From assembly GCA_963803145.1 (NCBI GenBank), contig CAWDLW010000016.1:1-64000 (forward strand): 64,000 bases of DNA, written 5' to 3'. Under the pieces are notes generated by a model. That model searched no databases and was not told where the DNA came from. It saw nothing but the letters and a program-made list of their open reading frames with translations. This document shows positions 22,445-31,787 of the stretch, piece after piece. Origin of the DNA: Methanotrichaceae archaeon (lineage in GTDB: Archaea > Halobacteriota > Methanosarcinia > Methanotrichales > Methanotrichaceae). The translations under genes and the position numbers were made by a program. How positions within the stretch are numbered: the stretch's first letter is position 1; the number at the start of each line of letters is the position of its first letter.

Positions 22445-23434
22445 TCAAGTGAGAAGTTCTTTTATGGGTTTAGGATTAGCCCTTGGAGTGTGCCTTGCCT
22501 GCTCATCCACATCTATGCCGAGGATGCTTTCAGCCCCGGCGAAGATATCCTCCGCAATCCAGGCGCATCCTCTGGCAGAAGCGCACCTGCCAAGAGAGCA
22601 TACCTCGCTATACAGAAGCTCAGATACGCGTCTTTCGATGAGGCTTGCAGGGCTGCCCGCCAGGAAAAGCTTAGGCGTCGGTTCTCCAAGATCTCGCAGC
22701 AGGACTGTCATGGCAGAAATCTCCATCGCTACAAATAAGGCAAGAGACTCAAGCGCATGCTTTCTTTGCGGAGCGCTGCAATCCTCAAGCGATCCTACCC
22801 CCATCTTTTGAAGTATCCCGCCGCAGGTGAATGCCTTGTTTGCAGTCATCATTCCTGCATCCACATTTCTGATTGCTTCAACATCCAGGGGACCTTGTGT
22901 CAAGCCTGGAGCAAAAATGGGCGCATCGATGGCTCCAATGATCTTTCCATTGAGAACTCCGAAGGTCACAGTGTTAGAACTTGCATCTGATACAATGAAG
23001 CTCTTTACCCCCTTACGAAAAATACCATATGCAAGGCCCACCTTTTCGGGGCTCATGTCGTGAGAAAAGACCTTCAGCCTAGGGTCAATATCGCTTCTTC
23101 TATGTATCCCGGGCAGAAGCACCGCAGGCCATCCCGAGTTTTTTATGGCATCGAATACCTTCGTGCCGCCGCCAACATGAAGGCCAGCGCCATCCTGCTG
23201 GATAAGCCCGCGATTGGATGCGTTCTCAAGCCTTACTATCTTCGTCAGGCCGTCGCCCATGGAGTATGTGAGGGCAACTAGTTCAACATTATCGAGGTTA
23301 AAGTGATGCCTTATCCTCGCGATTATCTCCTCAGAGGAGAGGCTGCTCGCCTCCTTTCTCGGGAGCTCAAAACAGTTTCCTTCCGGCGTCGCAAACCTTA
23401 TAGCCGTCGTCCCATGATCTACGCCCAAGAACAT
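22445..23434 (-). CDS. Methanogenesis marker protein 12 (UPF0285)
   Basis: 'MFLGVDHGTTAIRF','TYSMGDG','GGGTKVFD','SDASSNTV','GPLDVEAIR'. Confidence 0.9.
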   Translation of the reverse strand: MFLGVDHGTTAIRFATPEGNCFELPRKEASSLSSEEIIARIRHHFNLDNVELVALTYSMGDGLTKIVRLENASNRGLIQQDGAGLHVGGGTKVFDAIKNSGWPAVLLPGIHRRSDIDPRLKVFSHDMSPEKVGLAYGIFRKGVKSFIVSDASSNTVTFGVLNGKIIGAIDAPIFAPGLTQGPLDVEAIRNVDAGMMTANKAFTCGGILQKMGVGSLEDCSAPQRKHALESLALFVAMEISAMTVLLRDLGEPTPKLFLAGSPASLIERRVSELLYSEVCSLGRCASARGCAWIAEDIFAGAESILGIDVDEQARHTPRANPKPIKELLT

Positions 23435-24318
23435 CAGATCAGCTCAAGCACTTCTCTGGCAAGCCGAATGCTATCCTCCTGGTTCCTCATAAGAGTATCC
23501 AGCCTCTTGCCCTTTCCTGGATAGCCGCTCATCGGGTCAACCACGAAAGTATCAATTCTTCCGAGCATTGCAGCAACTCCTTCGTCATTTGACGAAACAC
23601 CACTGGCCCTCATAAACTTGGCTGCTGGTCCGCTGATTGGCTTATCCCCTATAAGAGGGCTTATTGCTATTACTTTTTTCCCTAGAAGGGCTTCGCGAAC
23701 GCCCGGCAAAGCTAGGATCGGCCCTATGCTTGTAACTGGATTGCTTGGCCCTATTATGACTGTATCATCTCTACTGAGAAGCTCTAAGAAGCCTGGGCTG
23801 GGCCGTGCATTCTCAATCCCTTCAAACCTGAGGGATAAAACCTCCGGTATGCCTTTATGCCCTACCCAGAACTCCTGGAAATGCATCTCGCCTTCCTGGG
23901 TAGTAATAATGGTAGATACGGGATCATCAGTCATCGGAAGGACCCTTTGTTTTACTCCAAGTGCTCTTGCAAGTGCTTCGGTGGCATCGCTAAGGCTTTC
24001 GCCGTTCCTTAAAATTTCTGAACGAAATATATGCGCTGCTCTGTCTTTATCTCCCAGCGCTAAGATCTCCTGTCTGCCAAGGGTGCGCAGGAACTCATAG
24101 GTGTGAAAGCTGTCGCCCTTTATCCCCCACCACTTTGTATCATCAATGATGCCTGCCAGGGTATAAAGAACAGTGTCTACGTCAGGAGATACAAAGTTCC
24201 CTGATATCCACATATCCTCAGCAGTGTTTACAACAACAGATAGATCAGACGGCGCTAGAAGCTCTTTTAAGCCCAAAAGAAGTTTGGGCGTGCCTGTGCC
24301 GCCGCTGAGAATGATCAT
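23434..24318 (-). CDS. cofD: 2-phospho-L-lactate transferase (F420 synthesis)
   Basis: 'LSGGTGTPKLL','PDVDTVLY','HFQEFWV','IGPSNPVTSIGPI','SGPAAK'. Confidence 0.95.
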   Translation of the reverse strand: MIILSGGTGTPKLLLGLKELLAPSDLSVVVNTAEDMWISGNFVSPDVDTVLYTLAGIIDDTKWWGIKGDSFHTYEFLRTLGRQEILALGDKDRAAHIFRSEILRNGESLSDATEALARALGVKQRVLPMTDDPVSTIITTQEGEMHFQEFWVGHKGIPEVLSLRFEGIENARPSPGFLELLSRDDTVIIGPSNPVTSIGPILALPGVREALLGKKVIAISPLIGDKPISGPAAKFMRASGVSSNDEGVAAMLGRIDTFVVDPMSGYPGKGKRLDTLMRNQEDSIRLAREVLELI

Positions 24319-24328
24319 AGGTAATCAC

Positions 24329-24871
24329 CAAGGAGACCCGCTTCCTTTAGTGGACGGGAGGAATTGGGTATGCTCCACGAATACTTTCGCGGCATACTGA
24401 GATTATATATCCACTGAAGGATATATTCAGTACAATGCTTCAGACCATGATGGTGAAACTTGATCCTAGTCCAGAGCAGTACCAAATGCTCTTGGATACT
24501 ATGCATCGGTTTAATGAAGCCTGTAATTTTATTGCGGGAATTGCTTTCCAGATGCATACGGCCAATAAGATCGAGATTCACAAAGCGATCTACTATGAAG
24601 TGCGAGAGAAGTTCAATCTCCCCTCGCAGCTCGCGGTTAGAGCCATTTCCAAGGTTGCTGAAGCCTATAAACGAGACTGTGGGCATGTATCCAGGGCTAA
24701 TAGACCCACCAGAGATGAGTTTAGATGTGAGTCTTGTGGATTCGCTGGTCCTGCTGACCACATCGCAGCAATGAATATTGCTTTTAGGGCTGAAGTCAAC
24801 CTGCCTATTGTAGCGGGGAAACATCTTACCCCAGTTACAAGCCCGTCTCCTTCAATGGATGGGTAGTTGAC
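24329..24871 (+). mobile_element. Non-autonomous IS200/IS605 (IS1341-type) element, 543 bp
   Basis: Preceded by TCAC (24325-24328); left hairpin GACCCGCTTCCTTTAGTGGACGGGAG and similar right hairpin AGCCCGTCTCCTTCAATGGATGGGTAG ending in TTGAC; no TSD; removal restores the ZPR1 stop codon. Confidence 0.85.
24435..24866 (+). pseudogene. tnpB: TnpB with a large in-frame internal deletion (143 aa)
   Basis: TnpB N-terminus ('VKLDPSPEQ...FNEACNFI...LPSQLAVRAISKVAEAYK') fused at ~24677 to the C-terminal Zn finger and RuvC-III ('CGHVSRANR...FRCESCGF...ADHIAAMNI'). Confidence 0.88.
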
Positions 24872-25437
24872 ACGTCCAGAACTACCATACCCGTCTTGAG
24901 GTTTGCGATCTCCTCATCAGTCAGAGCAGATTTAACTGCCTTATCCGAGGCTATCGCGCTGTTTCCAAGGGGGTCCTCAATTATGACAGTTAGCTTGAAG
25001 TTGCCAGTTTTTGCGAGCTCAATATTATTCAGTATCTCCTCGCCCTTCTGAGTGCTCTCAACACTTCCGGCATCTCGGGCAGAGTTTGTTGCAAACCGGA
25101 CTATATCCTCGATTCTATCGAGGACGCCCTCGATATTTGAGATGTATGATTCCGATGCAGGCCCTGGCTCAATATCAACGCCAAGCTCAGGCACCCTGAC
25201 GGTTCCGCTGCATGATCGGATTACTCTCGCATCCAGGTCATCAATTTCTGTGACCTCCATAGAATAGCGTAAAGGCTCCTTTTGGCTGAGCAATATGGTA
25301 TCGCAATGCCTGTAGCCACAGTTGCAGATTCCTGCAATGATCATGGCCTCGCCAAAATAGGGAATATCTCCAGTCTCCCAGTTGAACTCCATTTCAGAAG
25401 AGCACACGGGACAGAATGCTTTAGTTGTTAACTTCAA
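24835..25437 (-). CDS. ZPR1-type zinc finger protein
   Basis: 'CPVC','IPYFGE','CNCGYR','IEPGPASESYISNIEGVL','IEDPLGNS'. Confidence 0.93.
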   Translation of the reverse strand: MKLTTKAFCPVCSSEMEFNWETGDIPYFGEAMIIAGICNCGYRHCDTILLSQKEPLRYSMEVTEIDDLDARVIRSCSGTVRVPELGVDIEPGPASESYISNIEGVLDRIEDIVRFATNSARDAGSVESTQKGEEILNNIELAKTGNFKLTVIIEDPLGNSAIASDKAVKSALTDEEIANLKTGMVVLDVSTTHPLKETGL

Positions 25438-25799
25438 TCTTTACCTCCGATTATCTTTTCGCGATCTATCATTATGCCGTCAGGCACGACTGCCACGAGG
25501 TCATCTCCGATCCCTACGATATCTCCCGAGACATCCTCGACGGTCTTCTTCAGCTCGGCTATCACCTTTTCGAGGACTGCCATATCTCTTTTCATGCCGG
25601 CTATATCGATAAGCAATATATTGCCTGCATATATCTCCTGCTTTATCTCAGGCAATATCTCGATATTATCCAGATCAACCAATCTCAGCATTACCCTGGG
25701 GGAGCCTCGAGCATCAGCAAACTGATCGAGATCAATCTCGGTGTAGCTCTCCTCCCCGGATTTGCCAATGAACTTAAGCCTTTCCAGTAACCCTGCCAT
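25434..25799 (-). CDS. sepF: Cell division protein SepF (archaeal DUF552)
   Basis: 'IKQEIYAGNILLID...GDIVGIGDDLVAVVP...IDR'; conserved position next to ZPR1. Confidence 0.88.
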   Translation of the reverse strand: MAGLLERLKFIGKSGEESYTEIDLDQFADARGSPRVMLRLVDLDNIEILPEIKQEIYAGNILLIDIAGMKRDMAVLEKVIAELKKTVEDVSGDIVGIGDDLVAVVPDGIMIDREKIIGGKD

Positions 25800-25862
25800 C
25801 AGAAAACCTCGACGGAGAAATGTGTATTATTATATTTATATCTGGCGTCACCGTATATCAAG

Positions 25863-26054
25863 TCACTGTATATCGATTAGCTTTATCCCTGCAAACCCCA
25901 TTAAGGCCATGAAGAGGAGCACGACAAGAGAATATCCAGCAGATTTAAGCCCTGAAGGGGCCACCATTGATACTATCAATATTAGCACTATCAACATCGC
26001 CACAAGTCCAGTGCTAATCCCAATCTCAAGCCTATTTTTCTTCACAATTTCCAT
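25863..26054 (-). CDS. Small 2-TM membrane protein
   Basis: Two hydrophobic helices; GGTGGGTG SD; overlaps the cofG end. Confidence 0.7.
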   Translation of the reverse strand: MEIVKKNRLEIGISTGLVAMLIVLILIVSMVAPSGLKSAGYSLVVLLFMALMGFAGIKLIDIQ

Positions 26055-27049
26055 TCACCCACCGCTTTGAAGATATATCTTTCTCGCCGTAGGCCATCCT
26101 CTCCGGCAAGTTCTCTCACCAGATCTGTTGTTCTGCTGCCTTGCCAGCCCTTCATCACATAAAGCGGATATATTGGCAATCGTTCCCTTAGATCGTAGTT
26201 CCTTAGTTGTAGCCTCAGATCACCCAGCTTAGGCCAGTGTCTATCAGGGTTGATCCAGTCAGGGGTGATAGGACTTATCCCGCCAAGATCATTTGCTCCT
26301 GCCTCGATCGCTGGGGTAGGATCAACGAGATTGGGCGCAACCTGTATCGCAATATCCTCCGGCAGAATCTCTCTTGCCATATGAATGGTCTCGCAAATTT
26401 CGCTTAAACATGGCCGAGGGAAATCCGCCATTGCAGTTCCATGCTTTGGGTCCAAAGGCTGGATTATGACCTCCTGGATATGGCCATATCTCTTGTGAAG
26501 GTCAGCTATCGCCTTAAGAGAGCTCAACCGATCGCTCGGACTCTCGCCTATGCCGATAAGTATTCCTGTTGTAAAAGGAATCCTGTGCCTACCTGCATTT
26601 GCTATAAAAGAAAGTCTGCGGATTGGATCCTTGCCGGGAGATTCTTTGTGGGCAGCGACTTTAGCGGTCGTTTCAAGCATCAGTCCCATAGATGCGTTAT
26701 AGGGCGCAAGCGTTGCAAGATCCTCCTCTGAGAGAACGCCAGCATTTGTATGCGGCAGAAGGCTCTGATCTATCGCAAGCTCGCAAAGCTCAACTAGATA
26801 ATCGACTAAATCCTGCCTTCCAACTTTGGCCATAAGAGCTTCAAAGCCATGTATGGCCCAGGGGCTTTCGCCCAGAGAGAAGAGCGCTTCCGTACAGCCA
26901 TTCAGAGACCCTTGCTTTAGAATGCGTAAGGTCTCCGCACGAGAGATTATTTTTGCCTCTTCAGGCTCTCGCCTGAAGGAGCAGTAACCGCATCTGTTCC
27001 TGCACAGATCGGTTACCGGTATGAATATGTTCTTTGAATATGTGATCAA
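26042..27049 (-). CDS. cofG: FO synthase subunit 1
   Basis: '[24 protein letters not shown]','LPHTNAG','SMGLMLE','[12 protein letters not shown]','GHIQEVIIQ'; TTG start at 27049 inferred. Confidence 0.95.
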   Translation of the reverse strand: MITYSKNIFIPVTDLCRNRCGYCSFRREPEEAKIISRAETLRILKQGSLNGCTEALFSLGESPWAIHGFEALMAKVGRQDLVDYLVELCELAIDQSLLPHTNAGVLSEEDLATLAPYNASMGLMLETTAKVAAHKESPGKDPIRRLSFIANAGRHRIPFTTGILIGIGESPSDRLSSLKAIADLHKRYGHIQEVIIQPLDPKHGTAMADFPRPCLSEICETIHMAREILPEDIAIQVAPNLVDPTPAIEAGANDLGGISPITPDWINPDRHWPKLGDLRLQLRNYDLRERLPIYPLYVMKGWQGSRTTDLVRELAGEDGLRRERYIFKAVGEWKL

Positions 27050-27056
27050 AGGTAGT

Positions 27057-27506
27057 CTAGCGTCTGAACTCCACAAGCTTGAGAACATTTCCTCGCGGGC
27101 ACTCCTCAGGGGATTCGCCTACTACTTCGACTACAGTATACCGCTCTCCCTCTTTCAGGCCAACTGGGTGACAGATCTCGTACATGCTGCAATCTCTATT
27201 ATCGCATTTCACAGGCTCAAAGACTACCTTGGAGCCAGGAAATGCCTTCCGAGCATCGAAGGCTGCAATTATTGGGCTCTCGGTTACCTCAACTGCACGC
27301 ACGCCAGCCTCATGTATTGGACACTCGTGTATGAGCTCTCCTTTGACTCCAAGAACTCTATATCTCCTATTCGGCTCAAGGTTGATGCAGGTGTTCCTGA
27401 GCTTACACGTATCACATTCAGGCGTTGGGCCATTGAATGTGAACTCCATTCCAACTGTTGCAAGCTTTATTCCTATCAGCGTGATCTGGGTAGCTGCTTC
27501 TGACAT
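27057..27506 (-). CDS. UPF0179 family protein
   Basis: 'ITLIG...F.F.G...[15 protein letters not shown]...HECPIHE..V.AVEV'. Confidence 0.88.
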   Translation of the reverse strand: MSEAATQITLIGIKLATVGMEFTFNGPTPECDTCKLRNTCINLEPNRRYRVLGVKGELIHECPIHEAGVRAVEVTESPIIAAFDARKAFPGSKVVFEPVKCDNRDCSMYEICHPVGLKEGERYTVVEVVGESPEECPRGNVLKLVEFRR

Positions 27507-27571
27507 ACTAAATCCTCCACATTTATCAGCTTGAATATATAATTATTATATTTGGATTTGTTCCATATGCT

Positions 27572-28612
27572 TCATATTATTCCCGTTGCCTCTGCCGCTC
27601 TTATTGCGGCCTTCTGGGTCATGCCGGTATCCAAAATCGTATAGCGCTCGGGACGAATTTTGTGAGCATTTATAATAGCATCGATGACAGCACTCTCGTC
27701 TATGCCGACTTGAGATGCAGACGTCGGCGCTCCAACATACGAGAGTGCCCTCTTAATCATCTCCCAGTCTCCTCCATGAAGATACATCGCGATAACAGTG
27801 CCTATGCCGCATAGCTCTCCATGAAGAGCCTTTCCTGGTGCTATACGATTGATCGCATGGGCGAACTTGTGCTCAGAGCCGCTGGCTGGACGGGATGAGC
27901 CTGCTATGCTCATGGCTACGCCGCTGGAGATGAGGGCTTTAACAACCGTCCTGGCGGACTCCTCAAGGCCCGGGCGGATTGTGGGCGCGAGCTTTACTAT
28001 CATTTTTGCTGTCATATCGGAAAGCGCTGCAGCATACTCGCTATATTCCTCATTTCTCAGGCGGTGTGCAAGTTGCCAATCTAGAAGGGCTGTGTAGTTG
28101 GATATTATATCTCCGCATCCTGCAGATAGGAGCCTTGCAGGGGCCCGGGAGATTATGTTTGTATCCGCAACTATGGCGAGGGGCGCCTGGGCTGGGACTG
28201 ACATAGTTTCGCCATTTATACTCAGAGATGCCTGTGCAGAGCAGATGCCATCGTGAGATGCTGCGGTAGGCACGCTTAGAAAGGGCACATCCGCTCGGAC
28301 TGATGCCAATTTGGCGATATCTATCGATCTTCCGCCGCCTGTGCCAATGATGAACCCTGCGCCTATCTCGCGGGCGACGACCGCTGCATCGTCGACTTCC
28401 TCAAGGCTTGATGAGTCTGTAGTATAGATCTCGGGCTCGAAGCTCTCCAGGAGGTCTGAGATATATTCTCCAGCTACCTTTCGAGTGTTCGGGCCCGTTA
28501 TTATCAGTGCCCTTCCCTTCAACCTCAGGCTGATACAGACCTCTGCTACCTCATTTATGGCCCCGCCATCCATCAATACCTTTCGCGGAAGCTCCATCCA
28601 CCTGGATCTCAA
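27572..28612 (-). CDS. egsA: sn-glycerol-1-phosphate dehydrogenase
   Basis: 'GGGRSIDIAK','PTAASHDG','SRPASGSEHKFAH','LHGE','RPERYTIL'; start inferred from SD. Confidence 0.95.
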   Translation of the reverse strand: MRSRWMELPRKVLMDGGAINEVAEVCISLRLKGRALIITGPNTRKVAGEYISDLLESFEPEIYTTDSSSLEEVDDAAVVAREIGAGFIIGTGGGRSIDIAKLASVRADVPFLSVPTAASHDGICSAQASLSINGETMSVPAQAPLAIVADTNIISRAPARLLSAGCGDIISNYTALLDWQLAHRLRNEEYSEYAAALSDMTAKMIVKLAPTIRPGLEESARTVVKALISSGVAMSIAGSSRPASGSEHKFAHAINRIAPGKALHGELCGIGTVIAMYLHGGDWEMIKRALSYVGAPTSASQVGIDESAVIDAIINAHKIRPERYTILDTGMTQKAAIRAAEATGII

Positions 28613-28675
28613 GGACTCGACCTCATAAAACAAATTCTTAGTTGAGATGTACTCCACGGTATAAAAGATATATCC

Positions 28676-29434
28676 TCAGCAGCTGACAATCTCAGACCGG
28701 AGATCGCATAATATACGGTCACGAACACGGTTCACCTCTGGGCTAGTTCTGTTCCTAGGCCTAGAGATGTTAATCTCAATCACGTCTTTAATGCGGCCAG
28801 GTCTCGCGGACATAATCACTATTCTATCCGCCAGGTAAATCGCCTCGTCCACGCTATGTGTGACGAAGACCACTGTCTTCTTCTCCTCCTGCCAAATTTT
28901 TAGAAGCTCGGATTGCATTATATTCCTTGTTTGGGCATCCAATGCTCCAAAGGGCTCATCCATGAGAAGTGCCAAAGGATCATTCACAAGAGCGCGAGCG
29001 ATTGCGACACGCTGCTTCATTCCTCCCGAAAGCTCATGAGGGTAGCGCTCCGAAAAGCGTTCCAACCCGACCATTTTGATGTATTGCCTGGCAGCCTCAT
29101 ATCTCATATCTTTGGGAATCCTTTTTAGCTCCGGGCCGAAGGCGACATTATCCAAGACGGTTCGCCAGGGAAAAAGTGAGTATTCCTGGAAAACCATTCC
29201 CCTCTCGGGCCCTGGTCCTTTTATTTGCTTGTCACTGATATAGACAGCGCCCGATGTTGGGTCCTCAAGGCCTGCTATTATTCTGAGAAGCGTTGTCTTG
29301 CCACAGCCGGAAGGGCCAATGAAACATACGAACTCATTCTCTCTGATGCTCAGATTGATGTCATGCAGAGCCTCCATCTCCTTCCCGTCGGCCCTGAAAA
29401 ACTTGAAAACATTCTTTATCTCGAGCATTGCCAT
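28676..29434 (-). CDS. ABC transporter ATP-binding protein, NitT/TauT family
   Basis: 'GPSGCGKTT','VFQEYSLFPWRTV','LSGGMKQR','LLMDEPFGALD'. Confidence 0.93.
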   Translation of the reverse strand: MAMLEIKNVFKFFRADGKEMEALHDINLSIRENEFVCFIGPSGCGKTTLLRIIAGLEDPTSGAVYISDKQIKGPGPERGMVFQEYSLFPWRTVLDNVAFGPELKRIPKDMRYEAARQYIKMVGLERFSERYPHELSGGMKQRVAIARALVNDPLALLMDEPFGALDAQTRNIMQSELLKIWQEEKKTVVFVTHSVDEAIYLADRIVIMSARPGRIKDVIEINISRPRNRTSPEVNRVRDRILCDLRSEIVSC

Positions 29435-29549
29435 GTAAACCGAAATACTGGTGTTCGGTAGGTATAGATCTTTCCATTTTAACCATTTTATTGTGCTGCC
29501 AGAGAGCGGTTAACACTGAATCAATCCTAATCGGATTTTAGTGCATAAC

Positions 29550-29597
29550 AAAATAGGATCGCACGCTCGCCCAGAAGCGTGTAGGGCCTGTGCGATC
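29550..29597 (-). terminator. Hairpin plus T-tract downstream of mtd
   Basis: GATCGCAC (29557-64) / GTGCGATC (29590-97), followed on the minus strand by CTATTTT. Confidence 0.4.
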
Positions 29598-29661
29598 TAC
29601 TACTACGATCATGTACTGGACTGGCTTTTATAAATATATGACCTATGCATGGCGAAAGTAT

Positions 29662-30477
29662 TCAAGTCCTCTCAGGCTTCTCAAACAGCTTAGTCTTCTT
29701 CAAAATTTCGCCTGATCTAGCGTGCGGTTTTCTGGAGACCGAATCTCCTGCTTTCTCAAGCTCCCTTGCCTCATCTGCCAGCCGGGAAGCGGCTCGCATG
29801 ACCTCGTGGCCTGCAGCAGCAGCTAACGCTATGGGCATAAGCTCCTTGAGCCGGAAGCATGCCTGCGAATCGATGGTAGCTACTGTCTGGGCCATATAGA
29901 GAGCACCGACCGCCTTTGCCTGAGCATAGGGATTCCCAAAATTCATTCTCTCAGCGCACTTCTCCGGAGTTGCTAATATCTGCGGCAGCTTGGTACTACC
30001 CGATGACATTGCCAGATCTAGCTCCTCCTGTACTAGCCTGACTCCGCCGCATATGGAGAGAACCTTCAGAGCATCCGAGTTGAAGAGCGCCATCTCTGCA
30101 GGATCGAGGAACTCACGCTTTGCGCCGATCAAGGGATCTACAGGCAATATAATATAGCCGAAGCCCTCGACCGCGAATGCATCCCGGGCCTCTTTCTTTG
30201 TGGGCCCGTCTGAGATTATGATTGTGGGCATGCCTTTGTAAATCTCGCGGGCCGCAGTCTGGCCGGGCGTGGCAGCGTTTGGCCCTATTATTACTACCAG
30301 CTGCGGAGCCCAAGCCTTAAGCTCAGCTGATGCCTCCGCTTCCTTCTTAGCCATCTTGGGACCTGAGCTTAATACCTTTATCTCCAGATCGGTCCTCTCT
30401 GCGATCTCATCTAGTGCCAGGTCAACAACAAGCGATGAGGCAATGTTCCCCATCTTGATAATTCCTATCTTAAACAT
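29662..30477 (-). CDS. mtd: F420-dependent methylene-H4MPT dehydrogenase
   Basis: 'KIGIIKMGNI','LDEIAER','SGPKM','IGAKREFLDPAEMALFN','AAGHE','RKPH'. Confidence 0.95.
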   Translation of the reverse strand: MFKIGIIKMGNIASSLVVDLALDEIAERTDLEIKVLSSGPKMAKKEAEASAELKAWAPQLVVIIGPNAATPGQTAAREIYKGMPTIIISDGPTKKEARDAFAVEGFGYIILPVDPLIGAKREFLDPAEMALFNSDALKVLSICGGVRLVQEELDLAMSSGSTKLPQILATPEKCAERMNFGNPYAQAKAVGALYMAQTVATIDSQACFRLKELMPIALAAAAGHEVMRAASRLADEARELEKAGDSVSRKPHARSGEILKKTKLFEKPERT

Positions 30478-30790
30478 GGGAAACCTAAGTGGGAGAGATG
30501 AAATAAAAGGGTTCCGATTTTATGTCGTTTTGTAGGGATTACACTCCCACATTTATGATGTCTGCAGCTTATGATAGAGGATGCGAATTTAATGAAAATT
30601 TCTGAGACCACAGAATCTAATCGCCCTTAACCACAAATTACTTAAGTTTGATTGAAATCGATGAAATCAGATACAGAGAGGAAACCACGCATATGAAGGT
30701 TAGGTGAGGCTTCTAGAGGCTTTCACTTCGCCTTCCCACAGGGCTTTCGTTGGTCCTGTTTGCCTCCAACAACAAACGAAGGTGCTAGTT

Positions 30791-31657
30791 ATGGATGATA
30801 AGAAATCCCTTCTCACAACCCTGCCGCCTCTTCTAGTAGCAGCTGGAACTCTGATAACCGCAGTCATTGGACTTGGCAACTTTATGTCCTCCCCTGCGCC
30901 ATCTGTGACCGAGTTTGATGTGATCCCGACCATAGTAGATGCAGGCGGGAACGCAACGCTAAAATGGGTAGTCTCAGGAGATGTTTCGAGCGTCTCTATA
31001 GATCCAGGCATAGGCGCCGTAGCTTTATCAGGTTCAAGACAGATATCTCCTGCAAATACCACCAACTATACATTGACTGCCAGGAACAAAGGCCAGGCTA
31101 AGACGGCCTCTGCTCAGCTTATAGTCAGGGCAGTCAAGGCAGCGCAGGGCGGCGTTCAGGAAAGCAATAGCGGTAGCATACAGAAGCCTATTCTTCCGAG
31201 CGCTCCATCTTCAGCCAATAATGTAGGCGATGAACCCGTTCATAATGATGTGCCGGTGGCGATGAATGCTATTAATAGTGCCAATAACGCTAATAGCGCC
31301 AGTAATCCCAATACAGTCAATACCACTAATACCATCGAAACAACAGGAAAGGATAAATCAGCTATATCCAGTGAGCAAAAGCCATCCGGATCACATGGCC
31401 TAGCCAGTAGAGATACAGGCGATGAGCCCGTTCAAATGAGCAATTTGGAGTCGACATCACAGAGCAAAGAGCCAATTAAACACATAAACGCATCAAGTAA
31501 TAGCGCTGCAGGTGATGAGCCTATTCAAATGATAAAACCAACTGGCACAAACATTGGGGGCACTGCTGGGACGCCAAATACCGTTAATCAAACAGGGCAG
31601 ACCAAGGCGGAAGCCGGCACAACCAAGGCGCAGTCTAATGTAGGCGATGTGGCCTGA
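30791..31657 (+). CDS. Membrane-anchored protein: TM + Ig-like domain + S/T/N-rich tail with GDEP repeats
   Basis: N-terminal TM; 'ATLKW...VSIDPGIG...ISP..TT.YTLTA' beta-sandwich pattern; three GDEP[VI] motifs. Confidence 0.8.
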   Translation: MDDKKSLLTTLPPLLVAAGTLITAVIGLGNFMSSPAPSVTEFDVIPTIVDAGGNATLKWVVSGDVSSVSIDPGIGAVALSGSRQISPANTTNYTLTARNKGQAKTASAQLIVRAVKAAQGGVQESNSGSIQKPILPSAPSSANNVGDEPVHNDVPVAMNAINSANNANSASNPNTVNTTNTIETTGKDKSAISSEQKPSGSHGLASRDTGDEPVQMSNLESTSQSKEPIKHINASSNSAAGDEPIQMIKPTGTNIGGTAGTPNTVNQTGQTKAEAGTTKAQSNVGDVA

Positions 31658-31729
31658 GCAGTCCATTTGGGTGATTCGCTTAAGCGATTCGTCGAGCGAC
31701 TCGTTTGTGATGATAGGATTGATCTAAGG

Positions 31730-31763
31730 TCTGAACTCGGTCCGGTTATTCCCCGAGTTCAGA
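31730..31763. terminator. Perfect 11-bp inverted repeat between convergent genes
   Basis: TCTGAACTCGG-N12-CCGAGTTCAGA. Confidence 0.55.
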
Positions 31764-31787
31764 GCCTATTAATTTCGATCAAATTGC

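Noticed and set aside
24315-24824. 169 aa ORF antisense to tnpB
   Set aside because: Shadow frame of the tnpB remnant; no recognisable features.
31706-31735. C/D box sRNA (GTGATGA...CTGA)
   Set aside because: Only one C and one D motif; no C'/D' pair, and the CTGA is part of an inverted repeat.
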